A stretch of DNA of 64,000 nucleotides. Origin: Chiloscyllium plagiosum. Taxonomy: Eukaryota. Below, one piece after another: positions 51,226 to 62,986 of this stretch. The DNA lies in assembly GCF_004010195.1 (NCBI RefSeq), contig NC_057718.1:89192250-89256249 (forward strand), in the 5' to 3' direction. Numbering within the stretch: the stretch's first letter is position 1; each line of letters opens with the position of its first letter. Below the pieces are notes generated by a model. It had not been told where the DNA came from, searched no databases, and saw only the letters and a list, made by a program, of their open reading frames with translations. A program made the position numbers and the translations under genes.

Positions 51226-52251
51226 AATCTCAGTAAGCACGCTTCATTGGTTCATCTACAACAGACCCAGAGAGGAAACCCTTTTGTAGTGGAAACCTTT
51301 GGGCCTGGAACCAGAACTCAAAAGTTTCTCCTCAGCACCAAACATTTACCCCGCTTTATCTGGAGAGATCGGAAGAGTTGCTGCTCAAATGGCGTCTCCA
51401 GCCTGCTCTGCCATTTTATTCAATCATTGCCAACCTCCTGCCTCATCCTCAACCGCTCATCACCCTATCCCCATCTCCCTCGATTCCCTGAGAGACTCGA
51501 ATCCTGTGCATCCTAACCCTAAATATCTTCAGTCATGGAGCATCCACAAGTCTCTGAAGCAGGGAATTCCAACAAATCATAATCCCTTGATTGAAGTCAT
51601 TTCTCCCACTTCCAACGTAAATGACCAGCCTCAAATCCAGACAATGTGCCACCCCCTCCCCCCACCCCCACCCACAGCCCCATATTTTAGATTCCAGCGC
51701 AAACAGAATCTCGGTATCCATTCTGCCCAGCCCCTTCAGAAACATGCACGCCTCAATCCAATCGCCTCTTATCCTTCCAAACTCCACAGTGTAGGCCCAA
51801 TGCGCACAATCACCCATCAATAAGTACCCCCTTCATTCCAGGATTTACCAGGACGTTTCAGAAATTCAAAATTATTCTCCACAACACCGTCACCATGGAG
51901 AAAAATCCAGAGTGATGCTAAAATAAATCTAGATTTTGTTTTGTGATTTTCTTTGACATAAAAATAGTGAAATTGGGGGAAATGAAAGACTGTTTGATGG
52001 ATAGTCAAACATCATTGGTATTCCTGTCCTCCAGCTGGTGCAGGAAGGCAGCACGTCATGAGAACGGCCATGTTGGCCAACTATTGGCTGCAACATGGGG
52101 ACAAGTCATGTGATAAAGACTCCAGGAATGGATTTAACAACAGCTTTACTCAGGGACCAATCGAGCGAATCTTGGCCGAACTGTCTCCAAATCAAGTATA
52201 TATTCTTCGTTACAATTTGCACATTGTATTTCAGGTATTGCCTCAACAAAG

Positions 52252-52557
52252 GGTGGCATGGTGGCTCAGTGGTTAGCACTGCTGCCTCACAGCACCAGGG
52301 TCCCAGGTTCGATTCCAGCCTTGGGCGACTGTCTGTGCGGAGTTTACACATTCTCCCTGTGTCTCTGCGGATTTGCTCCGGTTTCCTCCCACAAGTCCAA
52401 AGACATGCAGGTCAGGTGAATTGGTCACGCTAAATTGCCCATAGTGTTAGGTGCATTAGTCAGAGGGAAATAGGTCTGGGCGAGTTACTCTTCGGAGGGT
52501 CGGTGTGGACTGGTTGGGCCGAAGGGCCTGTTTCCACACTGTAGGGAATCTAATCTA
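52252..52557 (+). mobile_element. HE1-like tRNA-derived SINE
   Basis: Intact A and B boxes; aatctaatct tail. Confidence 0.9.
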
Positions 52558-52629
52558 GAATTGCGGCAAGGTTATTGTTTCTGCACCGACTCAAATCAGA
52601 GATATACTGTAATGTTGGACAGACATCAC

Positions 52630-53042
52630 AGAAACGTAGAAAATTAGAGCAGGCCCTTTGAGCTTGCTCTGCCACTCAATATGGTCATGGCTGATCATCC
52701 AACTCAGTTCCCTCTTCCTACTTTCTCCCCCGTACACTTTGATCCCTTCAGCCCTAAGAACCATATCTACCTCCTTCTCAAAAACATTGAATGTTTTGGC
52801 CTCATATGCCTTGCACCATAGAGAATTCCACAGGCTCACCACTCTCTGGGTGAAGAAATTTCTCCTCAATGCAGTCACACACGACGCAGACCCTCTCCTT
52901 AGACCGTGACCAATGTTTCTGGCCTCCTCAGTTCATCAGGAACATCCTTCCTGCATCTACCCTGTCGAGTCCTTTTAGAACTGTACAGGCTTCCATACGC
53001 ACCCCCCCTTAACCTTCTAAACTCCAGTGAATATAGTCCTAA
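52630..53042 (-). mobile_element. CR1 LINE 3' fragment
   Basis: RRNFFTQRVVSLWNSL; a similar copy lies at about 56520-56790. Confidence 0.8.
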
Positions 53043-53085
53043 ACAATTGAATCCATTTTAATTTATGAGATTAGCGTTCACTCAC

Positions 53086-53212
53086 CTGAAGTCTGTGACT
53101 CTGTGCTCGTCAGGTTAATTAAGCCGGAGAGCTTGTCTTCCTCCTCTTTGAGTTTATGCCCCACCCTTTTCACAGTTTCAATGCTACCACGGCATTCCGA
53201 CAGCAGCTTCAT
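53086..53212 (-). CDS. SYNE1: Nesprin-1 coding exon (127 nt)
   Basis: cctcag|ATG AAG..TCA G|gtgagt; MKLLSECRGSIETVKRVGHKLKEEEDKLSGLINLTSTESQTS. Confidence 0.95.
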
Positions 53213-53772
53213 CTGAGGAACGGAACAGAACAGCGGGATGGGGGGAGGTTGAGAAGGCGCAGGACTTGGGGGCAGGAGCACAGACACAGCACCTCCTGCT
53301 GGTGGAGGTGATGGCCAACCAATTAATTTGCACAGAGAACAAACCAACGCCCACAGAACCAGAGCATGTGGACTGGACCCAGTTTAGCACCAGGTTACCC
53401 AGTGAAACCATCGTTTTGGAAATGTTGCAGATTTCCGATATTCCCCCCCTCCTTCCACTTTGCATAATGGGGCAGGGGGACAGGAGGAGACCAGTCAGTC
53501 CCTCAAACCTGTCGTTTATACCCACATCCACAACTACCAGAATGGAACAGAAATTAGCAAAATGAGCTGCTTTCGAATTTTAGAGAATCGAAGGGAATTA
53601 CTCAAAACCCACAAATTCATGAAATCAAAAGGGAATTCAAAGTTTTTGTTCTGAAAATGCCAATACCATTAAAAATGACCACCATGTTGGCTGCCATTAA
53701 AAACTGAAATGATTCACTCATGTCTTTCGGGGAACAGAACGCACCATCTTTACCCAGTTCAATGTGACTCCA

Positions 53773-53886
53773 TTGGAGACTCCCAGCCTTATTCCTGATG
53801 AAGGGCTTTTGCCTGAAACGTTGATTCTTTGCTCCTGGGATGCTGCCTGACCTACTGTGCTTTTCCAGCACCACTCTAATCTAGAC
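53773..53886 (+). mobile_element. Short Penelope-like terminal insertion
   Basis: Hammerhead motif 53795-53822; flanking direct repeat tcaatgtgactcca (53759-53772, 53887-53900). Confidence 0.82.
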
Positions 53887-53932
53887 TCAATGTGACTCCA
53901 GTTCTCTTAATGAGAGTTTGGCTCTAAAGAGG

Positions 53933-54350
53933 TTGGAGGAAGAGCTCCTCATCTTCCGCCTAGGAACCCTCCAACCACAAGGGATGAACTCAGATTTCTC
54001 CAGTTTCCTCATTTCCCCTCCCCCCACCTTGTCTCAGTCCCAACCCTAGAACTCAGCACCACCTTCCTAACCTGCAATCTTCTTCCTGACCTCTCCGCCC
54101 CCATCCCCACTCCGGCCTATCACCCTCACCTTAATCTCCTTCCACCTATCGCATTTCCAACGCCCCTCCCCCAAGTCCCTCCTCCCTATCTTTTATCTTA
54201 GCCTGCTTGGCACACTTTCCTCATTCCTGAAGAAGAGCTCATGCCTGAAACGTCGATTCCCCTGCTCCTTGGATGCTGCCTGACCTGCTGCGCTTTTCCA
54301 GCAACACATTTTCAGCTCTGATCTCCAGCATCTGCAGTCCTCACTTTCTC
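53933..54350 (+). mobile_element. 5'-truncated Penelope-like element (endonuclease C-terminus and terminal repeat)
   Basis: Encodes LEEELLIFRLGTLQPQGMNSDF; hammerhead motif 54227-54254; flanking direct repeat ctctaaagagg (53922-53932, 54351-54361). Confidence 0.85.
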
Positions 54351-55789
54351 CTCTAAAGAGGGTCAACTAAACCAATCCGTTACCCCAAACTAGCCATTGG
54401 CAGCTCAACATGGTGACCGTGTCCGACCCTCTCAGGGGAACTGGAGTTGAGCAATGAATGCCCACTGATGGCCATGTCACCTGAATGAAGTAAAAGTGCG
54501 GGATCAGTTACCAAGGTGGAATCGCAATCGATGGGATCCTCAGACAGTGACGCCAGAAGGGAATTAGGGAGGCTGATCAAATCCCGAAGGTCTGGAGTCT
54601 CCATATCACCCCTGGGTGTTCACTGGCTGAGGACAGCCTGGTCACTTCCCAGTTAGCCCCCTCACTACAGTGAAGAACCCATGGCTGGAGGGTTTTGTCT
54701 CACTGGGGCCTTAACCCGCACCCCAACCACTCACACTCCTCTTTATATTAAAGGTTACACAGTGGGATCTGGGCAGGGGTATGCTTTTGTCTCATGGCAA
54801 TGCTCCTGGGGTCATCTTAAGGCCAGGCTGAGATCTTGTCTCTATTCCCAGTTAGTCAGATAGCAGGGTGTTCTTGAATGCTGCAAGAAAGAATATCATT
54901 CATTTTGTTTTCTTTTGAAAAGTGCCTTATTCTTTTCCTGAGAACCACGACATCAGGAGGCATGTAATGTTCTTGGAGGGAGTGCAGTACAGATTCAGCA
55001 GATATTTCCAGATTAAAAGGGTTAAGAAAATTTGTGCGAGGTCGGCTTCTATTCCCTTGAATGTAAAAGATCGAGGGGTGACTTAATCGATGACTTAAGA
55101 TGAAGCAGAAATGAGCGTTGTTATTGATCCTGGTGAGAGAGCCGAGAACAAGGGGTGGTGAACCTTAAAAATAGAGCTGGGCCATTGTGGGAGATGTTAG
55201 AAAGCACAGCCGTGAAAAGCTTAAAGACACAGTCACACAGGAGTGAAAGTCTCAAGCTCTCAACTAAAAAAGGCGACAGGACAAGTGAAAATTGCAAAAT
55301 GACACTGATGGATATTTGACTGACAAGAATATTAAGGCCTACAGAATCATGGTGACTAAGTAGAGTCAATACCCATCAAACATGACCAAACTAAATGGTG
55401 AACTAGCCCTGAGGGACTGAATGGCCTCCTCCTGTGCCTATGATGGGGAGCTCCAGGATCCTTTCCAGACATTTACAGCAGTTTCAAATCCTTTACTGAA
55501 TCACTTGGGCCTGATTAATAACCAGCTCGACATTCATTAGGGATATTATTTTTGCCGGTCCACAATGCCTGTGTGTATGACCAAGTGACCCTTTGAAATC
55601 CAAGGTCCCAGTAAACAAGATTCCAGCTGTCGGGATATTGAATCGCCAACTCTGCACGGAAGTTGCTGAGTTTCTCCAGCAATTTCTGCTTCTGTTTCAG
55701 ATTTCCAGCACTTTGCCTTGACCCACCACCCACCTCCCCCCCCCCTCCTCTCCTCACCCAACAGTGGCCCCAACAGGCTGAGTACTCAC

Positions 55790-55932
55790 ATAGCCCCAGT
55801 AGCTGGAGTCCAACTCAGGGCCTGTGGGCGTCTTGCTGCGGATGGCGTTTTCAGTCTGCTGCAGGTGGTAGCGGCTGCTGTCCAGCGCTTTGTCCAGCTG
55901 GCGGATTTGCTTCTCCAAGTGGCCGGGCTCTC
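55790..55932 (-). CDS. SYNE1: Nesprin-1 coding exon (143 nt)
   Basis: caacag|GA GAG..TAT|gtgagt; (G)EPGHLEKQIRQLDKALDSSRYHLQQTENAIRSKTPTGPELDSSYWGY. Confidence 0.95.
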
Positions 55933-56098
55933 CTGTTGGAGACAGAAGACGGTGGGAGTCAATGGAGAGAGACGGAGAGAGACAGAGAGAGAGAGAGAGA
56001 CTGGTCCTCCCGGACCGGCAGCTGCTAACCACAATCACGTGCAAATCCAGCCGATCAAATCGTTACGCCACTGCACGACGAGATGGTGAGTGAGGTAA

Positions 56099-56312
56099 CA
56101 TGCATACTAACTAACCCGATACCCACCTGGAGGGAGAGGTCAAAGTGGGTGAGCATGCACTGACCATTAAATGGGTTCAACAATGTTAGCAAGAGGTTAA
56201 TCAGTTCGGGGGTTGGATTTGCATTTCACAATGAAACCGTCGGTCGGGAATGAGGTCAGAGTTAAGGTGGATGACCGAGGGGGTGGGGTTGACATTGGGA
56301 GCCACAACATGC
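56099..56312 (-). promoter_or_regulatory. Cluster of RBFOX-type (U)GCAUG motifs downstream of the DV cassette exon
   Basis: TGCATG on - at 56099-56104 and 56154-56159; GCATG at 56308-56312. Confidence 0.5.
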
Positions 56313-56332
56313 TCAGCTCATTATATGCCTAC

Positions 56333-56398
56333 CAGTGGATCTCAAAGCACTTTCTGTCAGTTTTAGATAGGCCTCGGGGCTTTCGGGGATGACTACAT
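56333..56398 (-). CDS. SYNE1: Nesprin-1 DV23-type alternative cassette exon (66 nt, 22 codons here)
   Basis: ttatttttgcag|AT GTA GTC..ACT G|gtaggc; (D)VVIPESPEAYLKLTESALRST, similar to human DVMIPESPEAYVKLTENAIKNTS; symmetric phase 1-1. Confidence 0.92.
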
Positions 56399-57629
56399 CT
56401 GCAAAAATAAGAGGACAATTTCAACAGCTACACCAATCCGTACGGGGCAGACGGCCCTTCGCACTGACCCCATCCTCACCCACTTCCCCATTCTCTTCGT
56501 GGCGTCATTGGGTTAAACGCAGACATTAGGAGCAGGGGGTAGGCCATTCCAGCCTGCGCCGCCTTTGGTTCGGATCACGGACGATCATCCAACTCAGTCC
56601 CCCCGTTCCTGCTTTCTCCTCTGATCCCTTCAGCCCTAAGAACTATTGTCTAACTCCTTCTTAAAAACATTCAATGTCTTGGCCCCAACTGTTTTCTGCA
56701 ACAGAGAATTCCACAGGGTCTCTGGGTGAAGACATTTCTCAGTCTTAGACGACCTACCCAGTATCCTTGGATTCTGACCCCTGGTTCATCAATCCTGATA
56801 TCTCAAGCCCTAGTTTACAAGTCTGACCGTGATGACTGTTCCAAGTGAACCACTAAGCTCAGCATGCAGACCAGCTCTGCAGTTTGAGAACAAATACAGT
56901 GATATGATAACCAAAAAGCCTCTTCGTTGGGATTTCTCTGAGCCTACCATCTGCGAGCATGGGGTATCTAACCTCCCCTGATGCTCTGTGCTCAGAATCA
57001 GAGTGATAGGAGCACTGCAACAGTGTCTGAAGTCAAACCTCAAACACTTGCCGGTTCCCCAAGAGAAAGATCACTGTGAATTTTGCTTTCGTTTCTCAGT
57101 TATGTTAATGACTATGGCCGGTGGGGGGGCAGTGTTGTTTGACGGAACTTTCCCCCTAGTCAGGAATCATCCAATTGGATAAACAAACAGTTTGTGGGCT
57201 ACGAGCGTGTACCGCTGATGGCAGCAAGGTGCAGAGAGGTCATGCATGGAATCTTCTGGAACCGAAATATGGAGTTGGTCACTCCGTGCCCACTCACTCC
57301 ACTTTTGGAAGAAGCCTCTCTAGTGGTGTGCTGAGGTTTGTCCCCCTTTGGCCATTCGTTCTCACTGCTGCCATGACACTTTTTTTAAAAACAGTGAGCA
57401 GACCACGGTCTCTCTCACACCAGCTCGGCTGCCATGCTGGGGCAGCAGAAACAGCAAGCCATCATCCTCGCCCTTTGACCTGCCTTCCTCTCTCTTTACC
57501 TCAGGGTTCTCCATCACCACTCTGTCCGGGATCTAAGGAGCTTGTTTCAATTTTAAGATATTGCTTCCCCTTCCCATATTCCAGATTTCCCCTGAGAGAG
57601 CAAATTGCTTCTCTCCACCACTGGGGGAA

Positions 57630-57948
57630 ACTGATGGCCGAGTGGTGTCATCGCTGGACGGTTAATCCAGAGATACAGGTATGGTCCCCGCGACCTGGGT
57701 TCGAATCCCATGGCACTTGGTGGAATTTGAATTTAATGAAAATCTGGAATTAAGAGACGAACGATGACCATTAATCCACTGCTGATTGTTGGGAAAAACC
57801 CATCTGGTTCACTATCTGTCCTCCTTATCTGGTCTGGCCTATATGTGACTCCAGACCACGGCAATGTGGTTGACTCTTTACTGCCCTCTGGACAATAGGA
57901 ACAGACAATAAATGCTGGCTGAGCCAGAGATGCCCAAATTCCATGAGT
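57630..57948 (+). mobile_element. tRNA-derived SINE of a second family with an L2-like tail
   Basis: B box gggttcgaatccc; aaaacccatctggttcacta; gtggttgactct..tgccctctg; related pieces at about 4720-4835 and 7415-7615. Confidence 0.65.
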
Positions 57949-58244
57949 AAAATTTTGATTTCTTCCATCACCTTAAATACCTCAATCTCCATATTCAAGG
58001 ATACAGCAGCTTAGTCTCCTTCTGGTAAACTTATGACCTACTCCTGCCTCTCGATAGGAGGCTATGCTCTCCAAGGTACATGGCCCAGAATTGAACACAA
58101 CGCTTGAAAATCTGTTTGACCAGAGTTTTATGCAATTGCAACATACCCTCCAGTCCTTTCTATTCTCATTTCCTCCAGGTAACAGTTACTATTCTACCAG
58201 CCTCTTACATTATTCCTCTTACTTTTCCAATCACTCCAAGAGAA

Positions 58245-58573
58245 CGGTGGCACGGTGGCACAGTGGTTAGCACTGTTGCCTCACAGCGCCAGAGACCCGG
58301 GTTCAATTCCCGACTCAGGCGACTGACTGTGTGGAGTTTGCACGTTCTCCCCGTGTCTGCGTGGGTTTCCTCCGGGTGCTCCGGTTTCCTCCCACAGTCC
58401 AAAGATGTGCAGGTTAGGTGAATTGGCCATGGGAAATTGCCCGTAGTGTTAGGTTAAAAGGGGTAAATGTGGGGGTATGGGTGGGTTGCGCTTCGGTGGG
58501 TCGGTGTGGACTTGTTGGGCCGAAAGGCCTGTTTCCACACTGTAAATAATCTAATCTAATCTAATCTAATCTA
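58245..58573 (+). mobile_element. HE1-like SINE, full length, (AATCT)5 tail
   Basis: tggcacagtgg A box, ggttcaattcc B box. Confidence 0.9.
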
Positions 58574-59445
58574 AAAAAAAGAACATGTCACTTGCATCAG
58601 CTCCCTGCCCCAGGAATGCTGGGATTCCACAGAAACGCCTCAGACACTTACCTCCCCCTGCATTTTGTGAACAGTGTGATTGATTCGGAAAAAGAAAACT
58701 AGGTGACCTCCTTTGTAAAAGGTCACAGTGCCCTCATCCATTCACTAGGGACTGCACTTAACCCCACAGGATCAGCCTTCCCCAGGTTTTAGCTGAGCCA
58801 TCTTCTCTGCATTACAATAACGCTGGGTATCAGATTGTTGAACCGACCACACTGAGCCACCAAAGCCCTTCAGGCAGGGAGAGCTGCTTTCCCTGGTCTG
58901 TCCCGGCACAGGGCTTCAGCTGCACAGTCACAGCAAGGAGACTGACTCCTTGTTCTCCTTCGTGGCCAGGGAGATTTGGGATGGGGGCGTGATATAAAGT
59001 TTTAATGAATTGCTAAGAAGCCATTAACAAAGACTTGATAACGGTGTAAAATCACAGAGAACAGTCCTTTTGGCGGTGAAGAGCAAAACACCATTGAGAA
59101 GATGTGAAAGGCTCGCCATCACACAATCACAACTACGGAGGTACAATGAGCATCTGAGGGGCTCGTGACCTTTATAATCACAATTAAACCAATTGGGCCA
59201 GCATCTCTCACTGTCAGGCAAAGAGTTACTGGAGTAATTCAGCACAGGAAGTCAGTTTAAAGTTAACATTTTAAATTTAGTGCCAATATTTCAATGGAAT
59301 TCCTTGATTTAGGAATGTGCCAATCTCTACCACTGGACTCTCCCATTTCACCATTACACCACCAGCCACCCTCAAACTCTTCAGCTCCATCATTCACTCT
59401 GGCCACATCTCCCGGGCATCCTCACTCTCTGGCTCTCTCATGTGA

Positions 59446-60060
59446 GCACACTCACGCATGCACACAGATATACATACACAGACAGACTCTCACACAGGCA
59501 TGCATACATACATACATACATACACACGCACACACAGACAGACAGACAGACACATACACAAACACAGGTCCAGACACACATAGGCACAGACTTACATAGA
59601 TAGACTCTCACACACAGACAGACACAGGCACACACACAGACAGACAGGCACATACCTACACATAGACAGACAGACATGCATGGGCACACACACACACTAG
59701 CACAGACACACAGGCACAGACTTACATAGATAGACTCACGCATACACTCATAGATAGACTCACGCATACACTCATAGATAGACTCACGCATACACTCATA
59801 GACAGCCAGGCACACACCCACACATACATAAACTGACAGGCACACACCCACACATACATAGACAGACAGACACGTGTGGGCACATGCGCGCGCGCGTGCA
59901 CACACATGAAGACTTACATAGATAGACTCACGCGCGCACACACAGACAGACCCAGGCACACATATTGATAAACAGGCACACACCCACACATACATAGACA
60001 GACAGACTAGCATGTGCACGCGTGCACATACACACACACACATACACAAACACACACAGA
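59446..60060. repeat. Compound CA-rich microsatellite with a 24-bp higher-order unit
   Basis: (CA)n/(CAGA)n/(CATA)n; catagatagactcacgcatacact x3 at about 59725-59800. Confidence 0.9.
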
Positions 60061-60080
60061 AACTCTCCACACTGACCCAC

Positions 60081-60414
60081 CTGTGATTTCAGCTGCTCCT
60101 TTGAGGTAGAAATCGCTGTCTTCATCCCCAGTGCCATCCTCAGCACCCTCCAGGGCACGAGACACTGCGCTCTCCAAGTTCCGACTCAAGTCGTAATCGT
60201 GGTCCCACTCCAGGGGGATGGAGTCAACGCTGGCCGGGGTATCACGCCCTGACCGAGTGTCCTTGGGCTGTGGGAGACCAGTGCCCCGGCTCAGGGACAG
60301 CGGAGGGGTCCCCACATTGTCTGCAGCTCTGTCCAGCCACTGCATGCTGGAGAATTCACTGTTCTCATCTATTTCTGTTTCCCGGTCAGACACCTCATGT
60401 TCATCATCGGTCAG
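60081..60414 (-). CDS. SYNE1: Nesprin-1 coding exon (334 nt) containing the adaptive domain and LEWD kinesin light chain-binding motif
   Basis: ccctttag|CTG ACC GAT..ACA G|gtgggt; LTDDEHEVSDRE...RSGRDTPASVDSIPLEWDHDYDLSRNLESAVSRAL...DFYLKGAAEIT. Confidence 0.95.
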
Positions 60415-60821
60415 CTAAAGGGAGAGGGTGATTGAGGAAATTGTTACCATCTCTGCAGCTCGAATAACCCAGACCAAACAAAACTCAAGCAGCACCCCAC
60501 ACCAGACTGTGATGAGATACGCCCTTCACACAAAACAATGTCGAATTTTCCAGGACAAAATTGGGCCGCTCGACCCAACTGGCTCCTAATCTAAACTAGC
60601 CCCCTCCATTGCTTGCTTCTAGTTCCTTTCCCCCTCATGTGGCTGTCTAGCTTCTTCAAGACTATATCTGTCCTTTGTAAATGAACTGTAGATCATATTC
60701 CTGCTGAATTTGAGCAAACGTAGCCATGCCACATGCAGTTACAGCCTGGGTCTGTAAGGTTCCAGATAAGATGTTCTGTCTTACCATCGTTTGTATAAAG
60801 GGGCCGCACCACGGTTCAGTG

Positions 60822-61117
60822 GTTAGCACTGCTGCCCCACAGCGCCAGGGACCCAGGTTCGATTCCAGCCTTGGGCAACTGTCTGTGTAGAGGTTGCACA
60901 TTTTCCCCGCGTCTGCGTGGGTTTCCTCCCACAATCCAAAGATGTGTAGGTTAGGTGAACTGGCCATGCTAAGTTGCCCACGGTGTTAAGTGTATTAGTC
61001 AGGGGTAAACGTAGGGTAGGGTAGGGGAATGGGTCTGGGTGGGTTGCTGTTACAGACGGTCAGTGTGGACTTGTTGGGCCAAAGGGCCTGTTTCCACACT
61101 GTAGGGAATCTAACCTA
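60822..61117 (+). mobile_element. HE1-like tRNA-derived SINE
   Basis: Head, central domain and tail present. Confidence 0.88.
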
Positions 61118-61774
61118 AAGTGGTGTTCAATGAAGTCTGTTGCGGCTCACTCACAGGAGATGTAGATCTCACATTACTACATGGTGGCAATGCTGTTAGA
61201 CCCACCTTATCAGAGGCAAGTGCTTGGAGGAGCCAAAGTGAAGTTCAGCCACAGCACAGTTTTAGGCTTAGTCCCAGAAGTGGAGGAAATACCTGTGAGG
61301 TTTGGTGGTAGTAGGGGTGTGCCGTTTTATATCGAACTGTCGAGAGGTAAGGCCTAAGCAAAGGCTGAAAGAAAGCAGAAGGCCTACAACAGAGAATGCT
61401 GTGGGCACAAGTAGTGGGAAACAAGAAAACGAACCGGGCACGAAAACCTTACAGAAAATCAAAGGTACTTATAAGGATGGGGAAGGAACGAGCACTCAGA
61501 CTGTTAAACAAGAAGGTGGGTGTGGGCCCCACCACCCAGAACCTGATCCAGCTAGCTACTACAGGTCACAAGTGCATGGAGTGACATGACCACAGCAGCA
61601 CAGAGAATTCAACACAGACCATAACGGTCTGTGCCCAGGCGTACTGTACAAAACACAGAGGGGCTGCATGAACTCTTCCTGGGGGAGCGAGGCGGCCCAC
61701 TGCAAATTTCAACTCCCGAGGGCAAAAGCCAAGGGTTCCAGTGAGAAATCGAATTTTAAAGTGGATACAGAGGC

Positions 61775-62410
61775 AGGTGTTTTGGCACGCTTGTCTTCAT
61801 TGCTCAGTCCTTTGAGCGCAGAAGTTAGGAAGTCACGTTGGAATTGTACAGGACATTGATAAGACCTCTTCTGGAGCACTGTGTCCAGTTCTAGTCGCAC
61901 TGTCATAGGAAGGACATTATTAAACCGGAGAGGGTTCAGATGGGATTTACCAGGATGTTGTCAGGTATGGAAGGTTTGAGTTATAAAGAAAGGCTGGAGA
62001 GACTGGGATTCCTTTTCACTGGAGCGTAGGAGGTTGAGGGGTGACTTTGTAGAGGTTTATAAAATCATGAGGGGTGTAGACAGGGTAAACGGTAGGTATC
62101 TTTTCTCTAGGATGGGGGATTTCAAGACTATTTTTAAGGTGAGAGGAGAGAGATTTTAAACAGACATGAGGGGCAACTGTTCTTACACAGAGGACCGTTC
62201 ATGTGTAGAATGAATTTCCTGAGGAAGTGGAGGATGCAGGTACAGTTACAACATTTAAAAGACACTTAGATGAGTACGTGAATAAGAAAGGTTGAGAGGG
62301 ATGTGGGCCAGGAGCAAGCAGGTGGGCCTAGTTTAGTTTGGGACTATGTTCAGCATGGACTGGTTGTGCCAAAGGGTCTGTTTCTGTGCTCTATGACTTG
62401 ATGACTATGA
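61775..62410 (+). mobile_element. CR1/HER1 LINE 3' fragment
   Basis: tggagcactgtgtccagttct..tcactggagcgtaggaggttgaggggtgac.. and a ctatgact tail. Confidence 0.82.
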
Positions 62411-62791
62411 GGAGTCTCTATTCTTTTAGCAGCACGCCATGGTTCAGAAGTTTTCAGATCACATTCAATTCAGTGCTGAGGGACATTGAGCAGATGGTGA
62501 AGATATTGAAGAGCCCTGGTAAACTTTCCACTATCACAGAGATAGCACAGATCGTTCGTCTCCCTCAAAACATAGTCTGCAGGTGGCATTAAAAATAGCA
62601 GCCAAAATGAAAAGTGATCAGCCTCAAGGGGGCATTCCAGGCATGAGTTTGTGCCACCAATGTGTTCACCTTCCAGGGAAAGGATAAGAGATCACACACC
62701 TGCTACCCGTCCTCCTAGAGAGCTGAGGACGCTGTTAGAGATTAGTCCCTCGAGCAATGGATTTTTGGAGCTGGGGACCAAGTGGATTAAA

Positions 62792-62986
62792 ACAACAACA
62801 GCGAAGTTGCTGGAAAAGCTCAGCAGGTCTGGCAGCATCTGTGAAGAGAAACCAGAGTTAATGTTTTGGGTCCAAAACGTTAACTCTGATTTCTCGTCAC
62901 AGATGTTGCTTGACCCGCTGAGCTTTTCCAGCAATTTCTATTTTTTGTTTCTGATTTACAGCATCTGCAGTTCCTTTGGTTTTTAT
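62792..62986. mobile_element. Fold-back insertion of a second Penelope-like subfamily
   Basis: Inverted arms centred on gttttgggtccaaaac (about 62863-62878); flanking direct repeat agtggattaaa (62781-62791, 62987-62997). Confidence 0.75.

Noticed and set aside
58245..58320. tRNA genes at SINE heads
   Set aside because: A and B boxes are followed by SINE body and LINE-like tail, so these are tRNA-derived heads and not tRNA genes.
59438..60070. 210-aa Cys/Val-rich ORF
   Set aside because: Translation of a (TG)n microsatellite.
6292..60414. Assignment as ESR2/SYNE2, the paralogous convergent pair
   Set aside because: Diagnostic residues ([48 protein letters not shown]) fit ESR1 and SYNE1.
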